A model generated the notes under the pieces. It saw nothing but the letters and a program-made list of their open reading frames with translations, did no database searches and had not been told where the DNA came from. Position numbers and translations under genes: made by a program. Positions 40,081 to 49,488 of a stretch of DNA of 64,000 bases are shown in pieces (within the stretch, counting starts at the first letter, position 1; each line of letters begins with the position of its first letter). Source of the stretch: Bacteroidia bacterium (lineage in GTDB: Bacteria > Bacteroidota > Bacteroidia > CAIKAF01); contig JAUHWY010000001.1 in assembly GCA_030427255.1 (NCBI GenBank), forward strand, positions 48,141-112,140. Reading direction: 5' to 3'.

Positions 40081-40154
40081 TAGATACCTAGCATGTTTTT
40101 GGAAGGCGGGCCCGCAAAAATTAATTTTCCTTTTTTGTGGAAATCAAGCTTTGG

Positions 40155-41846
40155 TTAAGGACAAACTCTAGTAATCTGAATCGATCCGTGGCCTGTGTTC
40201 CAGGAATTTAGGTTTTGAATGCTTCCATTAAAGGAGGACGATCCATTGTATTGTCCGTTGGAAGTAGCCACGTTGGAAGCACCGGAAGCAACAAAAGAGC
40301 CGCCGCCACCGCCGCCGCCGCCGTTGGAGCCGCCACCGCCGCCGCTGTATCCGCCGCCGCCGGCACCTCCGGTGGAGCTGCAGCCACCGGCTCCGCCAAA
40401 GCCTCCTACGGCTTGTGAACCGGGTCCTCCTTGACTTCCATTTACATAGGCTTTTCCAAAGAAGTTATCCGAGCCGTAATTGTACACGGTATTGCCATCG
40501 GTCTGATAGCCCCCGGCGCCGCCTCCGCGGGTGCCGTTGCCGCCACCATTTCCGGAACTACCGCCCCACATGCCTTGGTTGTAGCCGTAATCGGACCAAA
40601 CATTGTTGTTGTCGTTGCAAGTATTGTACCCGTTATTGCCCCTTATTAGCGTGGTGCCATCGCTTCGGCAACCGTTTTGGGCAGAACGACCATCTCCGCC
40701 GCCGCCGCCGGCCACAATAATGGGCTGGCCATTGCTCACCACATAGCTGCCACCGCCGCCGCTTCCGTTATTGTCCACTCCGGTGGCTCCCTGTTGGCCT
40801 ACTACCATTTGCAGGTTTTGACCGGCACTAAGACTAAAATCTGCGGCCAAAACTACACCTCGACCGGGATTAGCACCTCCGCCGGAGGCGCCGCGCACGG
40901 TAATTCGATACACCCCACTGCTGGGAACGGACCAAGTTTGGATGCCATTATTTACAGTGACTACACCGCTTCCATAGCTGCTGTTGCATTGGCTTTGGCT
41001 GGGGCCGTTTTGGCCGCTTGCGCCGCAGGGGGTAAAGCTTTGGTTCACCGCAATGCAAGAAGTTACCTGAACCATGGAGTCCAAGGTGCTGGAACAGCCA
41101 TCGGCGTCGGTAATGGTTAAACTTGCCTGATAGGTGCCTGTATTGGAATAGCTCACCGAGGGGCTTTGCAGGTTGGAGGAAGCCGGAGTACCGTTTTGAA
41201 AGGTCCAAGCATAGGTAGCTCCATTTTGGATGGCACTAAAGGTGGAAGGAGCCTGAGTGCTTATAGGATAAGGGCTAATGGTGTAACTGGAGTCGGGATT
41301 GCTAACATCTACCAACAAAGAGGCGGTTGATGAGCTTCCACAGGCATTTACTGCCACCACCTGAAGGGTTCGCTGGCCTTCGACGCCTGAAAAATTAACC
41401 GTTATGGAGTTAGATCCCTGACCGCTAACCAAGGTGTCTTGTCCGGGAATGGTCCACTGATACGAAGTAGCCCCTTGAACCGGAGCTACAGAAAAGCTTT
41501 TGTTGGCATCGGCGCGGCAAACGTGGCTTTGGCCTTGGATGGAGGAAGGCGTAGGAGGCGGGTTTTGGCAATCGCATACGATGGCTTTCCAACCGGTGGA
41601 AAAATAGGCCTCAATGCAGTCGGTATCGGTATTGTAAATTTGTAGTCCAAAGGGAGGCGTTGGAAGTGCGTTTCTTTGCTGGGTGTTCAATCTTGAAAGT
41701 AGAAATCCACCTTGGGTTGATTGCAGGTCAAGCACTGCGGCCGAGTCGGGTGCCTGATTGGATCCAATGGTTACTCCCTGGGCCATGCCGGAAATGGAGG
41801 AAAAAAGAACGAAAGAAAAAATACAAATACGTAGTGAGTAGTTCAT
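40155..41846 (-). CDS. Secreted protein with Ig/PKD-like repeats and a C-terminal glycine-rich domain
   Basis: Signal peptide and long GGGGxGG runs in the last ~250 aa. Assignment to the Gly-rich domain family that also occurs in ALK/LTK is from memory. Confidence 0.55.
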   Translation of the reverse strand: MNYSLRICIFSFVLFSSISGMAQGVTIGSNQAPDSAAVLDLQSTQGGFLLSRLNTQQRNALPTPPFGLQIYNTDTDCIEAYFSTGWKAIVCDCQNPPPTPSSIQGQSHVCRADANKSFSVAPVQGATSYQWTIPGQDTLVSGQGSNSITVNFSGVEGQRTLQVVAVNACGSSSTASLLVDVSNPDSSYTISPYPISTQAPSTFSAIQNGATYAWTFQNGTPASSNLQSPSVSYSNTGTYQASLTITDADGCSSTLDSMVQVTSCIAVNQSFTPCGASGQNGPSQSQCNSSYGSGVVTVNNGIQTWSVPSSGVYRITVRGASGGGANPGRGVVLAADFSLSAGQNLQMVVGQQGATGVDNNGSGGGGSYVVSNGQPIIVAGGGGGDGRSAQNGCRSDGTTLIRGNNGYNTCNDNNNVWSDYGYNQGMWGGSSGNGGGNGTRGGGAGGYQTDGNTVYNYGSDNFFGKAYVNGSQGGPGSQAVGGFGGAGGCSSTGGAGGGGYSGGGGGSNGGGGGGGGSFVASGASNVATSNGQYNGSSSFNGSIQNLNSWNTGHGSIQITRVCP

Positions 41847-41897
41847 AGCTTAAGCATCTACTCAAATTTAGGGTTCAAAGTTTAATGAGCCAAACAA

Positions 41898-43289
41898 TTA
41901 AGGCACAAGTCTTCCGGCTACAAAATCTACGTAGAGCGCAGATTTAAGAAGTTTACGCTTTACATCTGCTTGTTTTACGTTGGCGTCAATCCACTTTAGC
42001 TCTCGTTGATTGATGACAAAAATGGTAGTTTCACCAAAGCCAAATTTAATGCGCTCGGCATTTAATATGGTTTCGTAGTTTACCGTCATTTGATTGAACA
42101 AATCAATTTGTCCCCTCAAGTTTTCGTAAATCTGAAACCTATTTCGCAATTCGTTTCTGGTTTCTAAGGTGGACTGTTCGAATGCCCAAGCGGTTTGCTG
42201 GAGTTTGGCCTTAACGGCTTTAAGTTTACCACGTTCTTTGCGGAGCATGATGGGCATATAAAACTGAATCCCAAACTTGTAATTGTCGGTAAAATAAATT
42301 GGGGTGTCCTCGTTGTACAAGAAATTATACGAGGCATTGAGCACAGGCAACAGGTCGTTTTGCCTCAATTTCTTTTCAATAGCCAATACTTCTACCTCAT
42401 AGCCCAATTGCGCCAAAGCAGGGTTTAAGGTTCGGATGTCGGCTTGCATAAGCGCTATGGAGTCGGCGGTAAGGCTCAGTTGGGGTAGGGCATCTAAAAT
42501 GGGTTCGGGCACAATACTGTCTTGAATTTCCATTGGGACCAATCCGTCTTGCCATAAAAAGTTGGAAAGGTTTAGGCGGGCTTGTTCAAGTTCCCACTTG
42601 GCTTCGGCCAATCGAGCTTGTCGGTCTTGCAGCAAAAGCAGGGCGTCTAGGGTATCTATGGCGGGTCTGTCGCCTTGTTGGTAGCTGATTCTGGCGGCAT
42701 CCATTTGCCGTACACCGGCTTCTACGGCCGTTTCCAACACCTCTTTTGTACGGAAGGTAAAGGCCCAATCCCAGTAGGCGCTTCCTGCCTTTAAAAGCAG
42801 CTCATTCCATTTTTGGCGTCTTTCTTCTTCGCCAACTTTGCGCATCCATTGGGCTTGCCTAAGGGCTGCCCGTCGTTCGTCCATGAGCAAACCGCGCGCC
42901 AGGGAAACCTCCAAACCTGCGGAGGGCAGTCCCATTTCCGGATTGGTTCTGGAGGGGTCTAAAAAGGTTCCTCTATACAATTCGTAGCCTGCTTGAGCGC
43001 TTATGCCGTACCAAGTGGGAACCTTGAGTTTGGTTTCCCAGAGTTGCCAATAATTTTTGGAGTCAAAGTCTTTTTGGTCGTAGCTGCTGCTCAATACCGG
43101 GTCAAATGCTCCCCGTGCTTGCAACAGTTCTCCTGCCCTCAGCTCCGGATATTGATCGGCTACAAAAGCAAAGGGGTGATGGCTTTTTACCAGACCCATT
43201 ACTTCTTGGTAGCTCAGCTCCTGTTTTTGTCCCAATAGTAAGGTAGAGCTGAGGAATGCCAATGGTATAAAAAACCAACGCAGCATCAT
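41898..43289 (-). CDS. TolC family outer-membrane efflux protein
   Basis: Two OEP repeats and a signal peptide. Start at the Met whose ATG overlaps the HlyD stop. Confidence 0.85.
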   Translation of the reverse strand: MMLRWFFIPLAFLSSTLLLGQKQELSYQEVMGLVKSHHPFAFVADQYPELRAGELLQARGAFDPVLSSSYDQKDFDSKNYWQLWETKLKVPTWYGISAQAGYELYRGTFLDPSRTNPEMGLPSAGLEVSLARGLLMDERRAALRQAQWMRKVGEEERRQKWNELLLKAGSAYWDWAFTFRTKEVLETAVEAGVRQMDAARISYQQGDRPAIDTLDALLLLQDRQARLAEAKWELEQARLNLSNFLWQDGLVPMEIQDSIVPEPILDALPQLSLTADSIALMQADIRTLNPALAQLGYEVEVLAIEKKLRQNDLLPVLNASYNFLYNEDTPIYFTDNYKFGIQFYMPIMLRKERGKLKAVKAKLQQTAWAFEQSTLETRNELRNRFQIYENLRGQIDLFNQMTVNYETILNAERIKFGFGETTIFVINQRELKWIDANVKQADVKRKLLKSALYVDFVAGRLVP

Positions 43290-44665
43290 TTGCCTTCGGT
43301 TTTCTTGCCCCCGGTTTCTTCCAACATGGGCAAATCCTGACCTGAGGTATAATAATCGGGCGGGAAGCCATTGATTTGTCGCCACAATTCATACCACACA
43401 GGTACGTCGTTGAGCAAGGCAAAGCCTTGGGCTCCTGCACCTACCCGAATGGCATTGGGCCAAGCTTCTTCGGTGGGATCCTCTTGAATCAATACACGGT
43501 ACCGTCCATTGGAAGAAATGTCGGAGTCTACCGAAAAAACGCGTCCGCCAAAAGTTCCATAAGACACGCCGGGCCAGCCTGAAAAAACAATGGTTGGCCA
43601 ACCGTCAAATATGATTCGCACGGGTGCGCCAATTTTCATTAGGGGCAAATCCAAAGGTTTTACATACATCTCCACGGCCATTCTTGGCCTTAGGGCAGTT
43701 ATGGAAACCAAGGGTTCACCTGCTTTTACGTTTTCTCCGATACCCGATTTAAGTACTTTAACGATTTGTCCCTCCTTGGGGGCAGTAATGTACCAAAAGC
43801 GGCTTCGGATGCTGTAATTGGCGTATTGGTTGTTCAGTTTGGCAATCTCTTCATCGGCCTTAAAAAGTTCGGAATTTGCCGTTTGTATTTCGGATTCAAT
43901 TTTAAAGATCTTGCTTAGGTATTCGGCTTCGATGCTGTTGAGCTCAATGGAGGCATTGATGAGTTCCCGGTTCGAGTTGTCCAGCTTGTTTTCCGCAGAG
44001 ACCAACTTGGCCGCAGCTTCTTGGGCTTTGTTTCTTCTGGTTTCCAAATCCCTTAAAGAGAGAATTCCCTCCTTTTCGTACATAATTTGACCGCGGCGAA
44101 GCTGTTCATCGGCAATTTCATAGCCAATTTTGGCCATTTCCACCTCAGCGCTGTCGATTCTAACCTTTCTTCGGGCAATTTCCACCTTGTTTTTTGCCTT
44201 ATTAAGGCTGTACTCTAAATTGGCGCGCTCTGCACGAATCTGGCCTTCGAGGTTTTGAATTTTTTGTTGATAGGCAATAGCTCCTCCCTCTTTGGCCTCC
44301 AATTGTTCCCGGGTCCGCAGCAACAGTTGTGGGTCAAAATACTGATCCTTGATTTCACTGATGAACACAATGGTGTCGCCCTCTTGAACGGTATCGCCTT
44401 CTTGAATGTACCATTTTTCCACACGACCGTCGATGCGCGATTGCAGGGTTTGTGGGCGATCGGAGGGGGTAAGCGTGGTTACTTTTCCTTTGGCTCGGAT
44501 GTTTTGGGTCCAAGGCAAAAACATAAGAATCACCAAAATGCCCAAAATCCCCAACAACCAATACGAAAGCAAACGGGCGGTTCTTGGATTGGTCACCTTA
44601 CGGAATGCTCCAAAATCCTCCTGCTTTATATCTACCGGTGTTTTATGTTGTGAAATGTCCAGCAT
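43286..44665 (-). CDS. HlyD family membrane-fusion (periplasmic adaptor) protein
   Basis: N-terminal TM, long coiled-coil, C-terminal beta-barrel. Typical type-I secretion MFP. Confidence 0.85.
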   Translation of the reverse strand: MLDISQHKTPVDIKQEDFGAFRKVTNPRTARLLSYWLLGILGILVILMFLPWTQNIRAKGKVTTLTPSDRPQTLQSRIDGRVEKWYIQEGDTVQEGDTIVFISEIKDQYFDPQLLLRTREQLEAKEGGAIAYQQKIQNLEGQIRAERANLEYSLNKAKNKVEIARRKVRIDSAEVEMAKIGYEIADEQLRRGQIMYEKEGILSLRDLETRRNKAQEAAAKLVSAENKLDNSNRELINASIELNSIEAEYLSKIFKIESEIQTANSELFKADEEIAKLNNQYANYSIRSRFWYITAPKEGQIVKVLKSGIGENVKAGEPLVSITALRPRMAVEMYVKPLDLPLMKIGAPVRIIFDGWPTIVFSGWPGVSYGTFGGRVFSVDSDISSNGRYRVLIQEDPTEEAWPNAIRVGAGAQGFALLNDVPVWYELWRQINGFPPDYYTSGQDLPMLEETGGKKTEGK

Positions 44666-44670
44666 ATCAA

Positions 44671-46848
44671 TTAGTGTAGAAATGGATGTAGTAGTCCCAA
44701 GGATTTCAAATTTGCCGGACTATCGTCCGCAAAAACCTTACCGTCTTTAAGTATGATGATTCGGTCGCATTTTTCTGCAAAGGCCAAATCACGCGATACT
44801 GCCAAAAGGGTGGTTTCGGGCATTTTTTTAACCAATAGGTTTGTAAGTGCTTCTTGTTCTTCGGCATCAAGCGTACCCAAAAACTCATCCAACAGCAGCA
44901 GTTTCGGGTTTTCGACCAAACAACGCGCAAGGTTGATTTTTTGAATCATGGTAGAAGATAAGCCCTTTTTTTCGGGTATCAATAGCGTATCAAAGCCATT
45001 TTTAAGGTTTTGAATGATAGGCGTTAAACCCACTAAGTCTGCTGCTTTGGCAACTTCGGTAAAGCCTACGAAGGGCCTTCCCAAGCTTATATTTTCTAAG
45101 ACTGTGCCGTAGAAAACATCGTTTTCCAAAAAGTTCTCTCCAATTAGGGTATGCACATCTAAAGCATCCAGGTTTTCTAATGGAATTCCTTCCATAATCA
45201 CTTTCCCGGAGGCCGGTTTGTGTAGGCCGGTTACTATAGAAAGAATGGTAGATTTCCCACTGCCTTCTAAGCCGGTAATGCACACTTTTTCTCCTCGGTT
45301 CAACTTAAAACTTACTCCATTCAACACCGGTGTTCCACACAAACTGCTGTTGAATTTAATGTCGCGCACCTCTACCGCCATGCCCTCCTTACCTATAAGT
45401 CCGGTGAGTCTACGGCCCGATTGAATTTCCAGAGGATAGTCGGTAAAAAGCCCTAGTTTTTCGGTGCCTGTCAATACTTCGTAAATGCTTTCTAAGCCTT
45501 GAATAATTTTTTCTACCGAGTTAATAATCAAAATGATTACAATTTCTCCGGCCACAAATTGTCCAATGTTGATCTGCTGGTCTACCACCAAGGAACCACC
45601 AAGAATCAACAGTCCGGCGGTAATCAGCATCTTAAACATGACTACATACCAGTTTTGACTAATGATTACCCGGAATTTTTTGCGACGGAAATGGATGTAG
45701 TCTCCAACCAATTTATCCGTCTTTTCCAAAGGAAGACTGCTGTTGCCTGTTAGTTTAAACAAGTTCAAGTTTCGTCCAATTTCTTCGAGCCAATGCGCCG
45801 TTTTGTACTTGTAGGTCGACTCCTTTAAGCTTGCGGCCATGGCTTTAGGACTGGTGACTCTAAAAATGATATACAAAATCAACGAAAGAAAAATCCCAAA
45901 AAACACAAAAGTCCAGTGATAAAAGGCCAGCAATATCATTCCAAACAAAATTTGCAAGCCGGCACCTGTAAGCTCAATAAGTAATTTAGGAAGTCCTTTT
46001 TGTACGGTTAGAATATCAAAAAATCGATTCACCAATTCCGGTGTATACTGATCTTCTAGTTTATCCAAGCGCATGCGCGGAATGCGCCAGGCAAATTCAA
46101 AACTAGCCCGGGCAAACAAACGCTGTTGCATGGCTTCCACAATCCACAGCTGCATAATTTGCAAGCCGCCGGTAATTAGTACCCCCAGAAGCACCAAGCT
46201 AATGAGCAACACCAAGGAGGTCGATATTTGCGCTCCCATCAACAGCGAAATAATCGCCTGAATCCCCAAGGGCAGGCTCAAAGTGGCCAATCCATGCAAT
46301 AAGGCATAAACGTAAAGAAGTATCACCTCCTTACGCTCTTGGTGCATCATTCTAAAAAAGCGCCGAATGGGCTTAGATGTAAGGTCTTGCTTGGAGTCTC
46401 CCAATTCAGCAAACAAAGGCTCCATGGGCGCATAGAGCAAAATAGGGAAGCGGCCGTTTTCTTGATAAAAATCCTCTACCGGAAGCGCCGTGCACTCATA
46501 ACTATGACTTTTCAGCTCTTCTCCCCGTTCAAAATTGGCAATTACATAGCCTTTTTTCTTGCGCTCTACCCAAATAAATCCCTCTCGATTTTTGGAATAA
46601 AACACCACAGGGTAGTCGGGAAGATCGCACAAGGAGTGCAGCTGTTCCGTAGATGAAACCGACTCTTTTAAAGCAAGTCTTGAAAGGGCAGCGGCGTTCC
46701 TTAATACGTCCAAAGTATCTTCCAAAGCAACCCTTTCCTCGTCAGGATGGTCGTTCCAAAAATCAACCAATTCGGGTTGAACCTCCTTGTCTTTGCCAAA
46801 AAATGCCGCTGCACGTTCTGACAACAGGCGTAACTGGATGCTTTTCAT
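44671..46848 (-). CDS. Type-I-secretion-type ABC exporter (N-terminal C39-like domain without an obvious catalytic Cys, 6-TM domain, NBD)
   Basis: Walker A GLEGSGKSTILS and signature LSSTMIQKINLAR; ~725 aa like the HlyB/bacteriocin exporter class. Confidence 0.85.
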   Translation of the reverse strand: MKSIQLRLLSERAAAFFGKDKEVQPELVDFWNDHPDEERVALEDTLDVLRNAAALSRLALKESVSSTEQLHSLCDLPDYPVVFYSKNREGFIWVERKKKGYVIANFERGEELKSHSYECTALPVEDFYQENGRFPILLYAPMEPLFAELGDSKQDLTSKPIRRFFRMMHQERKEVILLYVYALLHGLATLSLPLGIQAIISLLMGAQISTSLVLLISLVLLGVLITGGLQIMQLWIVEAMQQRLFARASFEFAWRIPRMRLDKLEDQYTPELVNRFFDILTVQKGLPKLLIELTGAGLQILFGMILLAFYHWTFVFFGIFLSLILYIIFRVTSPKAMAASLKESTYKYKTAHWLEEIGRNLNLFKLTGNSSLPLEKTDKLVGDYIHFRRKKFRVIISQNWYVVMFKMLITAGLLILGGSLVVDQQINIGQFVAGEIVIILIINSVEKIIQGLESIYEVLTGTEKLGLFTDYPLEIQSGRRLTGLIGKEGMAVEVRDIKFNSSLCGTPVLNGVSFKLNRGEKVCITGLEGSGKSTILSIVTGLHKPASGKVIMEGIPLENLDALDVHTLIGENFLENDVFYGTVLENISLGRPFVGFTEVAKAADLVGLTPIIQNLKNGFDTLLIPEKKGLSSTMIQKINLARCLVENPKLLLLDEFLGTLDAEEQEALTNLLVKKMPETTLLAVSRDLAFAEKCDRIIILKDGKVFADDSPANLKSLGLLHPFLH

Positions 46849-47034
46849 GATGTCTGCGCTCTGTGTTCAAACCCCCGTTACACGCATTTGTTCACGGAAC
46901 CTCAAACCGAGTGCAAAAGTACGGAGAAGCCAAACCATTGCAAAATGTTGATTTTGGCCCATATCTGGAGAGTCCAACCCATCAAATTTCCATTTTTTGT
47001 GCCTTTGCCGATTCGGGCCCTTAGCTCTTAAACT

Positions 47035-47185
47035 ATGGGTCTTTCAAATCCGGCCCCGGTTCCGGACTCCCTCGCTTTGCCCAAGCGCCGGGGGCCTCCG
47101 GTGGTTCCGCAAAGCTACACCTCCTCGGCCTCCCGGCGCTAGGGCGCAGCTTCGGGCGGTCCTCCTCCCGGCCGGGGGGCCATTC
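47035..47185 (+). repeat. GC-rich intergenic element, copy E
   Basis: 5' end CTTTCAAATCCGGCCCCGG matches the reverse complement of the copy C terminus. GCAAAGC/GCGCAGC blocks present. Confidence 0.5.
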
Positions 47186-47193
47186 TTTGGAGT

Positions 47194-47793
47194 TTATTTA
47201 CTCTTTGGCCATTCCATTCTTTTGCTTCCTCTGGAATACAAATCCGTTCCCCAAACTTTCCCATCCTTTATGGCAAAAGCCACTCCATGCTTTCCGTGCT
47301 GTTTGCCCGTCATGTTTTCATGGTGTGGTTTGGATTTTTTCCATTGCTTAAACGAAAACTCAGCGATATGCCGGGCAATATTGTCCATGTCCCCCACAAC
47401 TCCTGCCGAAAAATTCATCAATACATTTTCTCCGGACCATGCATCAGGCGCTCTGCCTCCTGCAGCCCAAGCGTATCGATCTCCCGGCATGGCTCCTGTA
47501 AAAAAGTCGTTTCCCTGCTCTTGGGTATGTCCTAAACGGTCCAGGTTGCGCATGTAAACGGAATGGTTATAGGCCGCCAACCATACCAAGGGGTCAAAAG
47601 CCAAGGTGTCTAATTTCTTTTGGGAGCGGTAGTCATTCAAAAGTTCGTGGAAATGTAGGGCTGCACGGTACTCCAGCTGCATTAGGCTGTCTTTTTCCAT
47701 GCGGTTTAGCCAAACCTTCACTTCCGACCAACGGTATACCTGGGCTTGAAGGCAAACCGGAAAAATACAAAGCGCAAACAGCCATCGAACCAT
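47194..47793 (-). CDS. Secreted CAP (SCP/PR-1-like) domain protein
   Basis: Signal peptide; GHTQ...GENV...HHENM pattern is suggestive of a CAP domain. Confidence 0.45.
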   Translation of the reverse strand: MVRWLFALCIFPVCLQAQVYRWSEVKVWLNRMEKDSLMQLEYRAALHFHELLNDYRSQKKLDTLAFDPLVWLAAYNHSVYMRNLDRLGHTQEQGNDFFTGAMPGDRYAWAAGGRAPDAWSGENVLMNFSAGVVGDMDNIARHIAEFSFKQWKKSKPHHENMTGKQHGKHGVAFAIKDGKVWGTDLYSRGSKRMEWPKSK

Positions 47794-47837
47794 AGACTTC
47801 TTTTTGTTTAAACGCAAAAAAGGCCGGAAATGGTATG

Positions 47838-48110
47838 CTATGACTTTAGTTTTTGCCTTACCATAAAAGGCCCCCATGGCAGCAAACTCATGGCCATTAC
47901 CTTAATGGTTTTCCAAGCCGTCCATTCAAGCAGTTGGGCCAAGTAAAAGGCAGCCAAAATATAGACCACAAACAAGAAACCATGGGCTGCTCCCACATAG
48001 CGAACTGCCTCGGGAATATCTGCCAAGTACTTCAGTGGCATGGCAATCAACAACAATACTACATAGGAGATGCCTTCCAATAAGGCAATCCACATAAAGG
48101 CTTTTTTCAT
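47838..48110 (-). CDS. DUF3817-like small membrane protein
   Basis: 90 aa with two or three TM helices, WxxLEGISY-type N-terminus. Confidence 0.5.
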   Translation of the reverse strand: MKKAFMWIALLEGISYVVLLLIAMPLKYLADIPEAVRYVGAAHGFLFVVYILAAFYLAQLLEWTAWKTIKVMAMSLLPWGPFMVRQKLKS

Positions 48111-48112
48111 GT

Positions 48113-48640
48113 TTATTCCTCCAAAACCAAACGCACTTCTTGTCCTTGCAAATACAGGGTGAATTCTACAGGATCAAAATATTCCGGGTCAAAATTCCAT
48201 TGCCGGGGAATTCTGCCTGTTCTGGAAAAAATATCCCTGTCGGCATCAATCAAATAAACCACATAGTAGGGCTCGTCTTTTAAATAACGAAGTACAAAGG
48301 CGCTGATTTCTTGGGTAAACTGATTTTTGGGCACAATGGTTAAAGAATCGGTGCCGGCCATAGGAAAGCGAAATACATAGCGGTCCAATCGGTCGTAAAT
48401 AATGTTTAGTGCCCATTCCTTGCTTTTGGCAATTGGTCCAACTTCTATATGGTAGTTGGCTCGTGGCGCAGACCCATTTAAGCTGTCGGTAATTTGAATT
48501 CCGGCGCAGGTTTCGGCATAAAACTTCCAAATATAATCCTCGTCTTTAGGACCCGTGGGCTTTTTTTCGGTTTGTGCCAAGCCGGCACTTGACATTAAAA
48601 TAAAAACCAAGCTGAGTACATAAAAAGAAAGCGTATGCAT
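48113..48640 (-). CDS. Hypothetical secreted protein
   Basis: Signal peptide; no motif. Confidence 0.45.
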   Translation of the reverse strand: MHTLSFYVLSLVFILMSSAGLAQTEKKPTGPKDEDYIWKFYAETCAGIQITDSLNGSAPRANYHIEVGPIAKSKEWALNIIYDRLDRYVFRFPMAGTDSLTIVPKNQFTQEISAFVLRYLKDEPYYVVYLIDADRDIFSRTGRIPRQWNFDPEYFDPVEFTLYLQGQEVRLVLEE

Positions 48641-48669
48641 AGTGTTTTTCCTTTGGTTTGGTCATGAAA

Positions 48670-49488
48670 TTACATAAATCGGGCCATTTCTTGTTGAAGT
48701 CCTTGGGCAGCTTCAGCGGCTTTGAGGTCAAAATCCTTTCCCATGCCGGCATGCATAATGCTTCGGCTGGCATTTATAAGGACTCTTGGAGTTCTTCCGG
48801 GATGTTCTGCCCGCATCACATCCTCTACTTTACCTCCTTGCGCACCTATGCCGGGCACTAGCAATACATGGTCCGGAACAATGCGTCTAATTTCTAAAAA
48901 TGCAGCGGGACGGGTTGCTCCTACTACCATCATAAGTTTATCCGGACCTGCTTTTTCCGCCAATTGACGCAAAACTTCCAGATACACAGGCTTTCCGTCG
49001 TTCAGTAATTTACCCTGAATGTCCTCTGCCCCGGGGTTGCTGGTGAGCCCAAGGGCAATGGTAAAGGTATCTTCAATTGCCAAGTAAGGATTTAGGGTTT
49101 CCATACCCATGTAGGGCGAAACGGTAAGGGCGTCGAAGGGCCAATGTTGCAACCAAGCTTTGGCATAGGCATCGGCTGTATTGCCGATGTCACCGCGTTT
49201 GGCATCGGCAATAACCAAAATGGGCTCATTTAAGCTCTTAATAAAATTCAAGGTTTTATTTAGGCTTTGCAAGCCAGGAATACCTTGAGCCTCATAAAAT
49301 GCGGTGTTTAATTTAAAGGCCACCGCATAGGGTAGGGTAGCTTCTACAATGCGCCTATTGAATTCAAATACGGCATCGTTGGCATAGCTCAGGCTTTCCG
49401 GAAGTTTGTTGGGGTCGGTGTCGAGACCAACACACAAACAACTCTGCTTGGTCGACATGTGGTCCAAAAGTAGCTCCAGCTTATCCAT
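48670..49488 (-). CDS. pyrF: Orotidine 5'-phosphate decarboxylase (type 2, long form)
   Basis: CVGLDTDPNKLP and IADAKRGDIGNTA motifs. Confidence 0.85.
   Translation of the reverse strand: MDKLELLLDHMSTKQSCLCVGLDTDPNKLPESLSYANDAVFEFNRRIVEATLPYAVAFKLNTAFYEAQGIPGLQSLNKTLNFIKSLNEPILVIADAKRGDIGNTADAYAKAWLQHWPFDALTVSPYMGMETLNPYLAIEDTFTIALGLTSNPGAEDIQGKLLNDGKPVYLEVLRQLAEKAGPDKLMMVVGATRPAAFLEIRRIVPDHVLLVPGIGAQGGKVEDVMRAEHPGRTPRVLINASRSIMHAGMGKDFDLKAAEAAQGLQQEMARFM

Noticed and set aside
40208-40720. Poly-Pro, poly-Ala and Arg/Cys-rich ORFs overlapping the Gly-rich protein gene
   Set aside because: They are alternative-frame or antisense translations of the GGN-rich coding repeats.
40155-41846. Gly-rich protein as an RTX toxin
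   Set aside because: It has no GGxGxDxUx nonapeptide repeats and no acidic C-terminal secretion signal, and it does have an N-terminal signal peptide.
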